From Amoebophrya sp. A120 (lineage: Eukaryota; Protista; Dinoflagellata), in contig CAJINV010000006.1 in NCBI GenBank assembly GCA_905178155.1, positions 3,906,130 through 3,970,129 of the forward strand: a stretch of 64,000 bases of DNA. The letters run 5' to 3'. Shown piece after piece: positions 24,201 through 38,260 of the stretch. The notes beneath the pieces are model-generated. The model was not told where the DNA came from. It made no database searches and was given only the letters and a program-made list of their open reading frames with translations. The position numbers and the translations under genes are program-made. Every line of letters begins with the position of its first letter. The stretch's first letter is position 1.

Positions 24201-27200
24201 TTCGCAGCTTCCACTGCTCCCGCAGGTCGGCAAACTTATGTACGAGGCAAAACAGATTCGGAATGGAGGGCGGGAACTGGGGCGATTTGATGAAGCCGTA
24301 CTCTGTGTTCTCTTTCATGGAAACGAACGTCCCGACCAATCTCAGCCGGTAGTTCTTGGCGCACTCGTTCACCCAGCTATCATAGGGCTTCCAGGGCTCC
24401 TTGTCGTGCACCACTAGCATGGTCATTTTCTCCTTCAGAAACATCATGTCCTTCATCTTGATCGGCGCAATCGACAGGTCGCACCGGTCCGCCCCGCCCG
24501 GTCCTTGTATGACAGTGCACAACTCTCCCTCGTTCTCATTTCTCATGCAAAATCCACATTTCCAATTGCTCCCTTGCGTCACTATTATGCCCGACAAATT
24601 CCGGTGGAGGCCCAAACAGTATAATGCATTGGGCGCAAAAATTTGTCATGCGTAGCTCTACCTGTGCTGGTGTTTGTATTGCTGTTCACGCTATACTACA
24701 AAGACATGAGGGGGAGGGGGAGTTCTTGTGCACCCAGTCGGATACCTTGCGGCGGCTGGATGAGAGGCTGCTGCTGCTGCTGCGCGGCTGCTCCCTGCAT
24801 CAGACTCTGGATCACGTTCAAGGCCGGATTGGTCGGGCCCCCGCTGCTCAAGGCGTCCCGCGCCCAGTCGCCGTACACGCCCCCCAAGGTGGAGGAAACC
24901 AGGTCCAACAGCTTCGCATTGGGCGGCGGGGGCGCCGGCGGTAGCTTGCCCTTTCCCTTGCCGCTCTGGTGGTCGGGGGGGTTGCGCTTTTCCGGTGGCG
25001 TATGGATTGCAAATATGTCTGGGTCTGGAAACTTGTAATGCTGAGTTGTGAATAGTGAATGGTGATGGTCTGTAATGCATACCCAAGCATGAGAAATATT
25101 TCCAGGGCTTAGTGTTGCGTTTTCCGCATGACAAACTGCGTTTTTGCATGACAAGCAAAAGGGTCTCTTCTTGGACACGCATCACAGACTTTTCAGTCAT
25201 GCCAGACAAGCATAACAAACCTTGCACCCTTCCAGACCCAGACATTTTTACATTTGATATGGCGGCGGTTCGGACAAAAGCGGCCAGCCCTTCCAGTTCG
25301 CAGCACTCGCGTTGCCTTTGGGAAACACCGGGACGTCGGTCGTTTCGTCGAAGAATTCGATGTGCTCGGCGTAGAATTTCCCCTGCTGCGCCGTGTTGCG
25401 GCAAATGGTAAACTTCACAAGCGCCGGCACCTTGGTCGATAGCCACTCGGAAATGTATGAATTGCAAAAGTACCGCACTCGTATAAATGCACTCATTACA
25501 AATTTCGATTTCCTCAGCATGAGAAAGAAAATTTGTAATGCTGATTTACCTTAAGGAAAAGATTTGTGGTGCAGGATTGCAATACGAGTACGATACTTTT
25601 GCACTGGATAAAATGGTGGCGTCCTCAATTTTCTCCGCCTCCTCGGCCAGCTGTTCCTCGCTGCTGGCTTGCAATCCCAGTTTTTCCTTGCAGTACAACT
25701 TTTTCGCGTCCACCAGCTTCCACTGCAGCACAAACAGATTCTATCCTATGCAAAAAAGTCCCCACCCCATTACTATCTATTATATTCATGCGAAAGTAGA
25801 GGTCTACAGAGGGTCGGAGAGAGGTGGCCGAGAGGTCAAAAAGAGGTGAAAAGAGGTCAATAAGAGGTCAACAGAGGTGGAGAGGTGGCGCGGGAGGTCA
25901 TTCGAGAGGGTGGCCGAGAGGTGGCGCGGGTATAGCCCGCTGAAGGACTCACTCTAAAGCTGCGCCTATAGGGACCAGAGGTGGCCGAGAGGGTGCCAAG
26001 AGGGTAAGCGAGAGGGGGACAGAGGTGCCGAGAGGTTGCGCGAATAAGGGCGAACCTCTCGCGCACCCTCTCGGCCACATCTCGGCCACCTCTGTAGACC
26101 TCTACTGGCGAGTATAGCCGGACTATTAGCAACACCTCTCGGGAGAGGTGAAAAAGAGGGTCTGCGAGAGGGTGAAAAAGACCCGAATCCGCCCGGCAAG
26201 CGGCCGATTTTGTTGGGACTGTTTCATGGCGCAAGCCCACACCTCTCGCGCTACCCTCTCGCGCTACCCTCCCGCGCACCCTCTCGCGCCACCCTCTCGC
26301 GCTAACCGCTCGCGCCAACAGTTTCCGCTGGGAAGCCAGTTGGGCGGGGGCGGGTGTGTGTGTGATCAACACAGGGCAGCGCGATCCCAGTTCTGCTTCG
26401 GCACCTATGCCGAGGCGGTTTCTCTTCGCCCCCAAGCTTCGCTGCAGCTGCTCCCTGCGCATAGCGCCTGAAGGCGCGGGAAGCGCGCAGGAGGCCCTGC
26501 GGGTTGACATAGCGCAAACCGGCGCCAGTAATTCCTTCGATCTGTCACGCTGTCCGTAAAGCCCTGTCGCTGCGGCCCGATCCGCAAATAGTCCTGCCCC
26601 GCCCCAACAGCCTTGCGCCCCGGCGTCAGCCGGGGCATGGCTGGTAGCTGTCATGCAAATCTGCATGCTCAGAACGTTTGTCATGCGGAACCCCAACACG
26701 AGAAGCATTTTCTAGTCGTGTTTTGGAATTTGTAATGCTTTTTTAATCAGCAGAATAGGCTGGATCTGTGATGCTGCTGAACGAGCTAAGTCGAGGCGAT
26801 TACACTAAGAGGCCATCAAACTTGTCATGCGGAACAACCAAAGGTTGTTGATTTGTCTAGCAGATTTCCCATCATGAGGACTATGGTGCGGGGACGTTTT
26901 TGGTCAGGATAGATTCCCGGACGCGGGGTCAAAGGAGTTCGACGTGATGAATCCGTACTGTTTCTTATCGCAAGAAAAAAGTGTTACAGCTACACATTTG
27001 TAGTCAATTCAGCAACACAAATTTCTCTGCATGAGAGAGAAACCTTGGAATGCAGAAATCCTACGGGAAATAAGCACCTATGAAACGAGGCTCTTATGCG
27101 TATCCGGCATTACAGAGTTTGTCTGTCTTGCTTGGCCTGCAACACAATGTGTAACTAACATGTGTAACTGTAACACTTTTTTCTTGCGATACTTCGCAGC

Positions 27201-30200
27201 TTCGAATTTGTAGAACGACCCGACGAGCCGCAAGCGGTAATTTTTCGCAAACTCCTGCTCCCACTGCTCGAAACTTTTTGGCGTATGGCGTTCTCAAACG
27301 TTACATTCTCAACTGTTACATGGTTTGTCATGCAAAATGAGCATCAACCTCCACACGGTGAAGCTACCTCGCATAACAAATTTTGGAAGGGCTAAGCAGC
27401 ATGGGAATCTGTGCCGAAATTGTAATGCAAGAGTTGCAAGATCCGGCCTTTCCCTGTTGCCATTCTTGCATCACAAATTCATGTAACAGTTGAGGATGTA
27501 ACAATTGAGAATCCCATATGGCGGCTCCAGTGGGTGCACCGCGAGCACTGTCATGGTGGAGGATAATACCTCATTTGTTGAAGATCCAGAAGAAGCTTTC
27601 GGGTTTTTCTGGTTCTCAAATTTCACCAGCGGCCAATTGCAGTCGACGCGGCCGGCCGGCAGTTGCTGGCCCGGGTTCAACATAGTTGGCGGTCGTGGCG
27701 GCGCCGGTGGGGCACGAGCAGTAGTTGCGAGTGCGGCGACCAGTGCACCAGCTGTGCTGGTGTCCAGAGGGACAGTACCGGCAGGTGTAGTTGCGCTTGT
27801 TGTGTTTGTATCGAATGCAAATATGTCTGGGTCTGAAGGGTTGGAACTTGTGATGCTATCTTTGGATTCTAAAGAAATGTGTATTGCGTGACCAGCAAGA
27901 GGAGCCCAGGTTGTGCTACGCGGGGAGGGCGTTTGTCATGCGGGATAGGAATCAGGAAGGCCTGTAAAAATATGTGATGCTAGATCATGCATTACAGACA
28001 TCCTGAGTCATGCCAAATATGCATGACAAACCTGGCAACCTTGCAGACCCAGACACTTTTGCATTTGATAGTTTGTTCCGGGTGGCAGCGCTGTAGATGA
28101 TGGTGGGACCACCAGGCCGCTGCCGCTGGTGCTGGCAAGAGCTGCTGCCCCCGTAATATTGGTGGACGACGACTGCGGGACTAAAACAGGCTGATGTCAA
28201 AAGGAAAAATCCCCCCTCCTCATATCGAAAACGATATGAAATGCTGTATTTGAGTACACAAGTCGACTTGTAATGCTACAAGGCCAAGAGCCGCAGCTGT
28301 GGCCTCCTTTGCAGGCATATATTGTCATGCTGGTTCCCACTTCCAGCTGCCCCCTGTCATGCTGAAGATGCAAAGGTTTATTCCCACGCCAACCAGCACT
28401 ACAGTCCGCATCTTTTCCCTTCTAGAATGACAAAGCTGATTTGTGACAACAAATCTCATCTGCATCACAAATTTCTACTTTGAGTATGGGGTCGTGGAGG
28501 GATTTTTCATTTTGATAGCTGATTCGCGTTCCTTTCCGTTTTTAATTCGTAGTGTAAATTCGCCTTTTCCGAATCCCGCCGCATGTATCGCAGGAAAAAA
28601 CTGTTTCACTGTAAACTTGTAATGCAAAACATATATCTTAGAAGTGTTTGTCTTGCTACACATGCAAGACAATCGATTTTAGCTGTGTTTTCCCTTAGGA
28701 ACCTCGCATGGCAAATTTTCTCTGTCATGTAGAGCAAACTTGTGATGCAAAACTTGCAAAATCCTTACAGTGAAACACTTTTTTCGTGGGATAGCATGAT
28801 ATCCATGTCCACAAACTCAATGTGGTCGCAATAGTACTTTTATGAACTGCAAAAGTATCGTACTCGTATAAAAATAAATGCATTATAAATTTCCTCCGCA
28901 TGAGAAATGAAAGTTGTAATGCGGATTTACGATAGGAAAGAAACTTGTAATGCAAGACTTGCATTTATGTGAGTACAATACTTGTGCAGTGGATAACTTT
29001 CCCGACTGCTGCGCGTTTTCGTGCACTGTGAACCGGACCAGATGCGGTAACTGCCGGGCCAGGATCTCCTCTTCGCTGGTTTCGAAAAACCTATTTCCTG
29101 TGCAAAAGCATCGTACTCGTAGTAACTAATTGCTGTTAATTATGCATTACAAATCTTTTTCTTAACGTACATCCGCATCAGAAATTCCATTTCTCATGCT
29201 GAGGAAATTTGTAATAGTAATACACCTAACTACTAAGACGATGCTTTTGCAGTTCGTAACTTATCCGGGAGAGCAATCACCTTCGCGCAGGCGTTATCGT
29301 CAAAATATTTGGACATGATGAACCCGTAGCGCACGCCCCGGTGCCCGTAATTAACCAGAGTTCCGATCAGCCTTAGGCGGTAATTTTTCGCGCACTCGGT
29401 CACCCAATCTGCGAACGCCTTCGGAGCCTCGAGGGGGTGGACGCAGAGCAGGTTTGTGCCGCCGTGGTAAAACTCAGGGTTCCCGTAATTCACGCCGGGC
29501 GCCGGGTTTTGCAGCGCCACCGCGTTTTTCTGGTTGCGCACGGTTATCGGCGCGTGGGTCAGGTCGATTTTGCTGTTCTGTTTATTGCCGTAAGTGGAGG
29601 AATTATTACTCAGGCTGCTCGCGGCCTGGACCTGGTTGTTCCCGAAATGTTGATCAAACGAGGTTGTGGTTGTTCCGGGTAGTTGCGGCACTTGAAGCAT
29701 GGCCGTAGTTGTTCCTGCAGCGGCGCCCCCACCCGCGTGGAAAACGCTCATATTTGGGTTGCTGTTCGCCTCCTCAAAGGTTGGGTAGTTCGCATAGACG
29801 TAACTGCTGCCGTTCGTCAGTTCCAGCTCGTGACCGAATTCCAGTGCTTCAAAGAACCGAAATCTTTGGTCCCAAGCGGAGTTCCTTTGGTTCACCGGCT
29901 TCCGCCCGTGCGTGCCCACGATTCCCTGAATCAGCACCGGGCCGTCGTGCTCCGTGTCGCGTGCCTCATCCAGAAACACAACGTCATCTGCATAGTAATT
30001 GTCCGTCTCCTTCCTGGTTTTCGAGCCTTTTTTCCCGATCCGGAATGCCACCAGCCGGTCCTTGCCGTATTTCTCGAGCCAGTTCGCCAGGATAGCGGAC
30101 TCGTTTGGGGTGATGAAGTAGTTGCTGGGGTCGATGATTATCCTGAGTAAAAACGTACCCACACCAGAGTCAGGATGACGATTTTGCAACACAAACCTAG

Positions 30201-33200
30201 GAGTTTTGTGAGTCACGCATGACAAGTTGCACTATGCAGTGTAGTGCAGGTTAGCAAGTGCAGCCGCGTCACAGATTCATCTGCTCATCCTGTTCACAGC
30301 ATCACAAATTCCAAAACACGATTGGAAATGGCTCTCATGGGGATGCGCATTACAAGTCTTCCTGGCTTTGCAAATCTGCATTACAACTCTGGTGTGGGTA
30401 CGTTTTTACTCCGGATAATGATCGGGTGGTGTTTTTGCTGCAGGAAAAACTGCTTCTCGTGGTTGCCGTATTTTTGCAGGTTCTCCGCAAAATGCTCCAT
30501 GAACCGTTTCTTCAACCCGCGCCAATTCGGAAAGGGGCAGAAGATCTGCTGCTCCTTGTTTTTCAGCGTGAACACGGATTTCAAAAAGCTGAACTTCTGG
30601 TCCTTCGTAGACGCCAGGCAGCCGATGAGGCGGAAATTTCGGTGCTGCTCACAAAAGTCGTACCACTGATCGAGATATCAAATGCAAAAGTGTCTGGGTC
30701 TGGAAGATTCCGAAATTTGTCATGCTAGTCTGGCATGACTCTGAACTGTGTATTGCGTGGCCGCAAAGAGCTCCTACTCCCTGTCATGCAAAAACGCAGT
30801 TTCACATGAGGAATACGCAACTCAGAATCATGGAACAAACTTGTCATGCTTGGCAGCGCATTCCCATTCCAGTGAGCTCACTATTCCCTTCCTTGCATCA
30901 CAAGTTTTCAGACCCAAACATTATTTGCATTTGATACGACACCCGTCTGCTCCACATTGTTGGCGATGGCTAGATTGTATGCAATGCAAAAGCATCGTAC
31001 TTCTAGTATAAATTGCATTACAAATCAGCCTAGCATTACAAATTGAACAATTGAATTTGACTTTGTAATGCTGAATTACTATTTATTACCTTGAGAACAA
31101 AGAGATTTGTAATGCATAAATGCAATTACTCCGAGTGGTACGATGCTTTTGCACAGGATAGATTGTCCGTGATCTGGTGCAGTTGATCTGGGAAGACCAT
31201 CTGGGAAACGGGCAATTTCGACAAATCCTCATCCTTACCGCCCCCGGCCCCGAATTTGCCCCCGCCGTCTTGCAGCTTCCCCATGCCCTTCTTGCCTTGA
31301 CTGTAAAAAGAACCACTAGTATTCAACTGTCCCCCGCCCTTGCCGTGATGTTGCTGCGATGAAGGAAGCCCTGCTCCGGCGTGATCCATCTCCTCCAACT
31401 TGTCCAGCAAATTGCCGATCCCCGGCGCGTATGCATTGCAAATATGTCTGGATGTCTGGAAACTTGTGATGCGAATCTACCAATTGTGGGCGCACTGGAA
31501 TATGGAGCCCAGCATGACAAGTTTTTGAGCTGCGTGCTGTGTGTTTCGTTTTTCGCATGACAAACTGCGTTTTTGCATGACAGGAAAGAGGCCCTTATTT
31601 TCCTGCTCATGTACTATCACAGATTTAAGAGTCATGCGAGACAAGCATGACAAACTTGCATCACCCCTGAGGACCCAGACACATTTGCATTTGATAACGC
31701 GCGGCTGTTAAACATTCCGGTGGACGATGCCAGGTCATGATCTGTGATTATGAACTGCAAAAGTATCGTACTAGTATAAATTGCAATACAAATTAGCTCA
31801 GCATTACAAATTAGATTTGTGATGCGGATTTGCCTTAACAAAAAGATTTGTAATGCATAAAAGCAATTAGTACGAGTAGGAGTACGATGCTTTTGCATTG
31901 CATAGTGGTTTGTTGTAGTTGGTGTTGTACACCCCCGTAGATGTTGAAGCCGCCGTAATTATCAAATGCAAAAGTGTCTGGGTCTGGAAACTTGTGATGC
32001 TGGGTGGCGTATCATGAGGAGGCCACAAGTGCTGGCTCAGCATGAGAAGTTTCTGAGCTTCTAGGTGTTGCCTATTCTGCATGACAAACTGCGTTTCTGC
32101 ATGACAGAAAAGTGGCGCTCTTGGGTAACGTGCATGACAGATTTAAGAGTCATGCCAGACAAGCATGACAAACATGCATTCTTCCAGACCCAGACATTTT
32201 TACTTTTGATAGTCCTGTTCTCCGTCAAAGTTCACGGGCATGCTGCTCGCAAACAATTCCACGTCAATTTTCCGGTCGAGAAACAACTCCACATTTTGCT
32301 TGTCGTCGATCGTCGCCGAGCTGGAACCACGGGGTGGCCCGAGGTTCGTCCCGAAATTCAGGTCGGGAATTTCGGAAAGAAGAAGGCAACTGTTGTAGAA
32401 GTCATGCACCTGGATGTTGACAGGTGGCGCGGCACTATTCTTTTCCGCACTACCTGCTCCACCACCGCTGCTGTTTATCCAGGAAACAAACTGTGTTAGT
32501 GTAAGTCTTTTGGGAAACAAAACTGCATCACAAGTTCTTTGCCTGCCGTGACAGGAAAAACTTGTTATGCTTATGCGCAGATAGGAACGGAAAACACATA
32601 GGAAGCGAGCCGATGATGCACGTCCCGCATGACAAGTGTAAAAACTGTTTTGCATTTATTTTCTGCATCACAGATTTACACTTACACAATTTTTTTCTTG
32701 CATACTGTTCCGCTGCAGGTTAATGTACTGTCGCACCGTATCCAGGAAAAAAAGTGTGTAAGTGTAACTTTCTTCAGGGAACAGCATCACAAATTTGCTC
32801 TACATGACAGAGAAAACCTGTCATGCGTGGCTTGTAAGGCAAAACACACATGAAAAGAGAGCTTCATGGCTGTCTGGCATGACAGGCGTACCTCTCTAGC
32901 ATGTTCTGCAACACAAATTTACACTTACACAGTTTTTTTCTTGCATACACCGTTTCGCGGTCCTTCAGCCCCATGGTCTTTTCCACCTTCCTATCAAATG
33001 TAAAAGTGTCTGGGTCTGGAAGATTCTGAGACTTGTGATGCACGTCTTGCATGAGCCATGATGTCTGTGATGCACGCCCTAGCATCACAGATTTTTTGAG
33101 GGCATCTTGAACTTGATGCCTATTCCGCATGACAAATGCCCATACTCCTTTTGGCAAGAGGAGTATAGCAAATTGCTACTCATGCAATACACATTTTTTT

Positions 33201-36200
33201 GGAATCCAAATGCAGCGTCACAAGTTGCATTCTTCCAGACCCAGACACTTTTGCAATCCATACTTCCAGGCATCCACCCCCCGCATGCCCTGTATAACCT
33301 GCTCAGGTGTTACAATCTCAAATCGGTTACCATAGAATGTCGAAATCTGTGATGCAAGAGTGCATGATCTAGCCAACTCTCATCGGATTGCGCATGACAA
33401 GTTCCGGAGCCCCAAACCCCACTACAATCTGGCGAAATTTGTATTGCAAAACGTGGAGCGCTGATGTGCGACGAGTCTGTCATGCTCAGCATGCAACACA
33501 AATTCCAGATTCAATTGTAACGCTTGAGATTGTAACGTTTGAGCAAGTCATACCCTGCTGCAGGAGAATCTGCCCGGTGGAAACGACTTCGTCACTCGTG
33601 CCGCGGTTCAGGATCTCGTGCTTCTTGCTGTGCATATCAAATGCAAAAGTATCGCACTCGGACTCGTCGTATAAATGCATTACAAATTTCCTCAGCATGA
33701 GCGATAAAATTTGCAGTGCTGATTTACCTTAACAAGCAGATTTGTAGTGCATGATTGCAATACGAGTACGATACTTTTGCAATGCATAGTGCACCTGCTG
33801 CAGCAACTCCAGGACGGACTGCGGGTAGAGCGTCTATCCTGTGCAAAAGTATCGTACTCGTACAAATGCTAATCCAAGTGTTGCATTACAAATCTTGTTT
33901 CCAAGCCAAATCTGCATTGCAAATTTTAACTCTCATGCTGAGGGAATTTGTCATGCATTTATACGAGTACGATACTTTTGCAGTTCATAGCGTCCCGTTC
34001 TGGGCCAGTTCGTCTTCGATGAACCGCTTGTGTTTGTCTTATGCACTGCAAAGATGCCTGGGTCGTCTAGAAAGTAAGTTGTGATGCTGGTTGACGATTC
34101 CTGAGGACACGACAAGCGACGGGTCAGCATGACAAGTTTCTGCGTTGCTAGGTGTTAATTGTCTATTCTGCATGACAAAGTGCGTTTTTCTTTCTGCATG
34201 AGTAAAAAAACGGGTTCTTTTTGCAAAACGTGCATGACAGACTTTGGAATCATACTGGCGGAGCATGACAAACCTTGCATTCATTCCCAGAGGACCCAGA
34301 GCTATTTGCATTGCATATGTCTAAGTTGATCACGACGAGGCACTTGTTCAACGACTGCATGGTACTAAAGGACTTTTTCGCACTCCCGAACGTTTTCTCG
34401 AGCACAATCGACATGGCGATCGCGGATCGGAACTGCAGCAGCGCCTGCTCCGAATGCGAGTCTTGGCTATCACATGCAATCATGTCTGGGTCTGGATAAT
34501 TGCGAGATTTGTCATGCTAGTCTGACATGACCCTGTGCTCGGGGTTTTTGCGTGGCCGCGAACAGCTCCTCTGGCCTGTCATGCAAAAATGCAGTTTCTC
34601 ATGCGGAGTACGCAACTCAGAACCACGGCAAAACTTGTCATGCTGGGCAGCGCATTACAATGCTTTCACCATAATTCCCTTCCTTGCATCACAAGTTTCC
34701 AGACTCAAACATATTTGCAATCCATATTGGCCCTGTTGCCGCAAGTCGATGCCGTTCATTTGCATGGAGATTTTCTGCTTTTCGTCCTGCCACTCCTGCC
34801 AAATTTTCTCCAGTTTCGGTTCAAACAGGTCGTTGAAATCACACAGAAGTGGTAGCAATTTGCTAGTCTGCACGCAGAAGAGGTATGAGCTGCAAAAATA
34901 TCGTACTCGCATAAATGCATTACAAATTCCCTCAGCATGAGAAATGAAATTTGTCATGCGGATTTGCCTTAAGGCTAAGACTTGTAATGCAAAACTTGCA
35001 TTTATACGAATACGATACTTTTGCACAGGATAAGAGGAGATAGAACTCGATTTGCGGGGAAAGCTCATATTCCCCAACGATCTCCAACACCTTCTGATAC
35101 AACACCCCTATCGCAAGAAAAAAGTGTTTCACTGTGAACTTGTGATGCATGGAATTGAACACAGAACTATTTGTCTTGCTACACCTGCAACTCATTGGAT
35201 TTTCAAGCGTGTTTTCCCTTGGGGAGCGCGCATGGCAAATTTTCAGTGTCATGTGTAGCAAAGTTGTGATGCGGATCTTGGAGAACCATTACAGTGAAAC
35301 AGTTTTTTCGTGGGATAACCCCGAGACTGACCACAATCAGGTCGCTATCCACTTGGCCCCCGCGCGAGGGGATAGCAGCTGCAGAGGAGCCATTCATATG
35401 ATCTTCAGTCGCGTTCAAGAAAAACTTGCTCTTCTTCAACCGGTATGAAAGGGAAAAATTATCGTACTCTCGTGGTATAATTGCAATACAAACTAGCTCA
35501 GCATTTCATTTCATTTCATTGAGACGAACCCCCTTGTAATGCGGATTCAGCATGAGAAATGAAATTTGTAATGCGGATTCAGCTTCGGAAAGAGATCTGT
35601 AATGCATAAATGCAAGTACAACTACGAGTACAAGAATACTTTTTCAATGCATACCCGCCTGCAGATGTTGTCCATCACGTCATCGGCCGCGAAAGTCGGC
35701 TCCTTATCAACTGCAAATATGTCTGGGTCTGGAAATTTGTGATGCTAAAATGTGCATAAATGAAAACACTTCCTCATGCAGGAAAGCATGACAAGTCTGC
35801 GCGACGCCTTATCATACGAACTCCGCATCAGAAACTGCGTTTGTGTATGACGTGCGAGGCTGCCACGTTTGCTTTTGTTGGCCATGCAATACAGATTTCA
35901 CAGGAATACAAGACCAGCATTACAAGTTCCAACTTTCCAGACCCAAACATTTTTGCATTTGATACTCCTGGTGGCTCAACAGCTTCAACATCCACTGCTT
36001 CTCCGTCTTTTTTAGCTCGAGCAACTGCTTTGGACTAGAAGTAGTCCTTATGCATTGCAAATATGTCTGGGTCTGGAAGATTGCAACTTGTCATGGTAAA
36101 TCTGAAGCATGCAAAAATCTGTGTTGCATGAGTGCCAAAAGCTATCCACTTTTGACCAAGTTGGAAGGGAGTTTCTCATGCAGGACAGGCATGGCAGAGA

Positions 36201-38260
36201 CCTCACAGAGTCTGTCATGCTAAGTCCCGCATTCCAGACCTCATGGGTCATGGAAAATCTGCATGACAAGTCTAAACTTTTCCAGACCCAGACATTTTTG
36301 CACTTGATAGTCCTGTTGTTGTTCCCTCCTCGGCTCTGCTGTTATGAACTCTAAAAGTATCGTACTCGTAATGTTGCAAATGCAATACAAATTAGCTCAG
36401 CATGAAAAATGGAATTTGTCATGCTGATTTAGCTTGAAAAAGAAATTTGTCTTGCATGACTGCGACTAAGACGAGTACGATACTTTTGCACAGGATAGCT
36501 GTTGCTTCACAGCTGTTGTAAAACTTTCCATCATTTGGTCCAGGTGGAAAACGACGTGCAACATCAAATGCAAATGCGTCTGGCTCTGGAAAGAATGGAA
36601 TTTGTGATGCTATCTTTCGATGATACAAAAACCTGTATTGCATGAGCAGCAAACGGCACTCAGATTTTTGCTCTTCTGGGAAAGCCTTTCTCATGCCGTA
36701 TAGGCATGAGAAAACCTTCACAAAACCTGTAATGCTGAAGCATGCACACCGACATCATACGTCATGTAAAATTTGCATGACAAACTCACCCAATCTTCCA
36801 GACCCAGACATATTTGCAGTTGATATGCAACATCTTGTTGCAATCCAATTCCTGGATCAAAAAGTCGAAAAACGCTATCCTGAGTAAAAACGTCCCCACA
36901 CCTAATGCAGATTTGCAAAGATAGGAGGACTTGTAATGCGCATCCCCATGAGAGCCATTTCCAATCGTGTATTGGAATTTGTGATGCTGTGAACAGGATG
37001 AGCCGATGAATCTGTGATGCGGCTGCACTTACTAACCTGCACTACACTGCGGAGTGCAACTTGTCATGCGTGACTCCCAAAACTCCTAGGTTTGTGTTGC
37101 AAAATCTATCCCCATCCTGACTCTGTTGTGGGGACGTTTTTACTCAGGATAAACGCTTCATCCTCTTTATTCGGCGTCTTCCTCTTGAATTCCTGGATGC
37201 GGACGATTTGGTACCCGACCGAGTCGTTCAACAATTGAATGTCCTGCCAATCATACTCCTGCCACACCTATGCAAGAAAAAAACTGTATAAGTGTAAGTT
37301 TGTGATGCAGATGAAAGTGCAAAACAATATATGCTTATCATGCTCCACATGCATGATGGGCTCGCTTCCTAGTGTTTTCCCGTCCTATCTGCGCATGCCA
37401 AGTTTTTCCTTTCATGGCAGACAAACTTGCGATGCTGTTTTCCCAAAAGACACACTAAAACAGTTTTTTTCTAGGATAACACCTGCTGCTGCTGGCCGCT
37501 GGAGCTGCTGGTGTTGTGGGCTGAAAAGTTGTGCTTATCAAATGCAAAAATGTCTGGGTCTGGAAGAATGCGAACTTGTCATGCTAAATCTGAATCATGT
37601 CAAAATCTGTGTTGCATGATTGCCAAAAGCTGTCCACTTTTGACCTAATCGAGAGGCAATTTCTCATGCGGAATAGGCACGATACAACTCTCACAGAATC
37701 TGTCATGCTCTGTCCTACATAACAGACCTCATGGGTCATGGAAAACCTGCATGACAAACCTAGCACTCTTCCACACCCAGACATTTTTGCATTTGATAAT
37801 GCTGCGGCTGCTGCAAATGGACTGCGCTGGTCACCTCCGGGAAACACATATTCATCAACAACTCGCTCTGCTGACTGTTATTCCCCGAGAGGAGCTTCTG
37901 CTCCAAAAACCGCTGCATTCGCGTCGTCATCTTGAAGGTTTTCGGACTACTCCTTCCTTCCACGACACCCCTAAGAACCTATCGCAAGAAAAAACTGTTT
38001 CACTGTGAACTTGTGATGCATAGAATGGAACAGAGAACTATTTGTCTTGCTACACCTGCAAGTAGACCTCGACTCTTTAGAGATGTTTTCCCTATGGAAG
38101 CGCGCATGGCAAATTTTCTGTGTCATGTCTAACAAACTTGTGATACAGATCTTGCAAAATCATCACAATGAAACAATTTTTCGTGGGATAGAACCCGGAC
38201 TTCTTCTACTACTAACTCACACGACTTTCTTCGCGTCACCTCCTTCACCTTCGGAAAACC
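21261..38260 (-). CDS. Very large protein with ~5 cold-shock/OB-fold-like repeats in the C-terminal half, split by 40 introners (5' end uncertain; may be two genes)
   Basis: Repeat unit 'W..EC.KN.RLR.VGT......YGFI.S..F....LF ... W......P.LVRFT..RN..PG.FYA..IE' at ~21700-22060, 23600-24420, 25340-27560, 28820-29460 and 30000-30670. Tested junctions are in frame, e.g. PGKF|LAEKIEFHDE across 23636-23886; not all 40 were tested. Confidence 0.65.
23636..23886. mobile_element. Introner family F (representative; 4 copies)
   Basis: TIR TATGGCGTTCTCAAACGTTACATTCTCAACTG; TSD AAACT. Other copies: 27284-27518, 33293-33552, 63068-63312. Confidence 0.88.
25770..26644 (+). mobile_element. Non-autonomous Helitron-like element nested in introner D 25742-26911
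   Basis: Inserted between A and T with no TSD. 5' end TTACTATCTATTATA; 3' hairpin GCCCCGGC-GTCA-GCCGGGGC (26617-26636) then CTGG. Removal restores CCCCACCCCA|TAGCTGTCATGC, matching other D copies. Confidence 0.75.
30139..30417. mobile_element. Introner family D (representative; ~7 copies, ~280 bp)
   Basis: TIR TATCCTGAGTAAAAACGTCCCCAC; TSD ATGAT here. Other copies: 11056-11254, 25742-26911, 36876-37151, 41222-41522, 42941-43229, 62516-62805. Confidence 0.88.

Noticed and set aside
25857-26708. 283-aa ORF as Helitron Rep/helicase
   Set aside because: Low-complexity translation with no HUH or helicase motifs.
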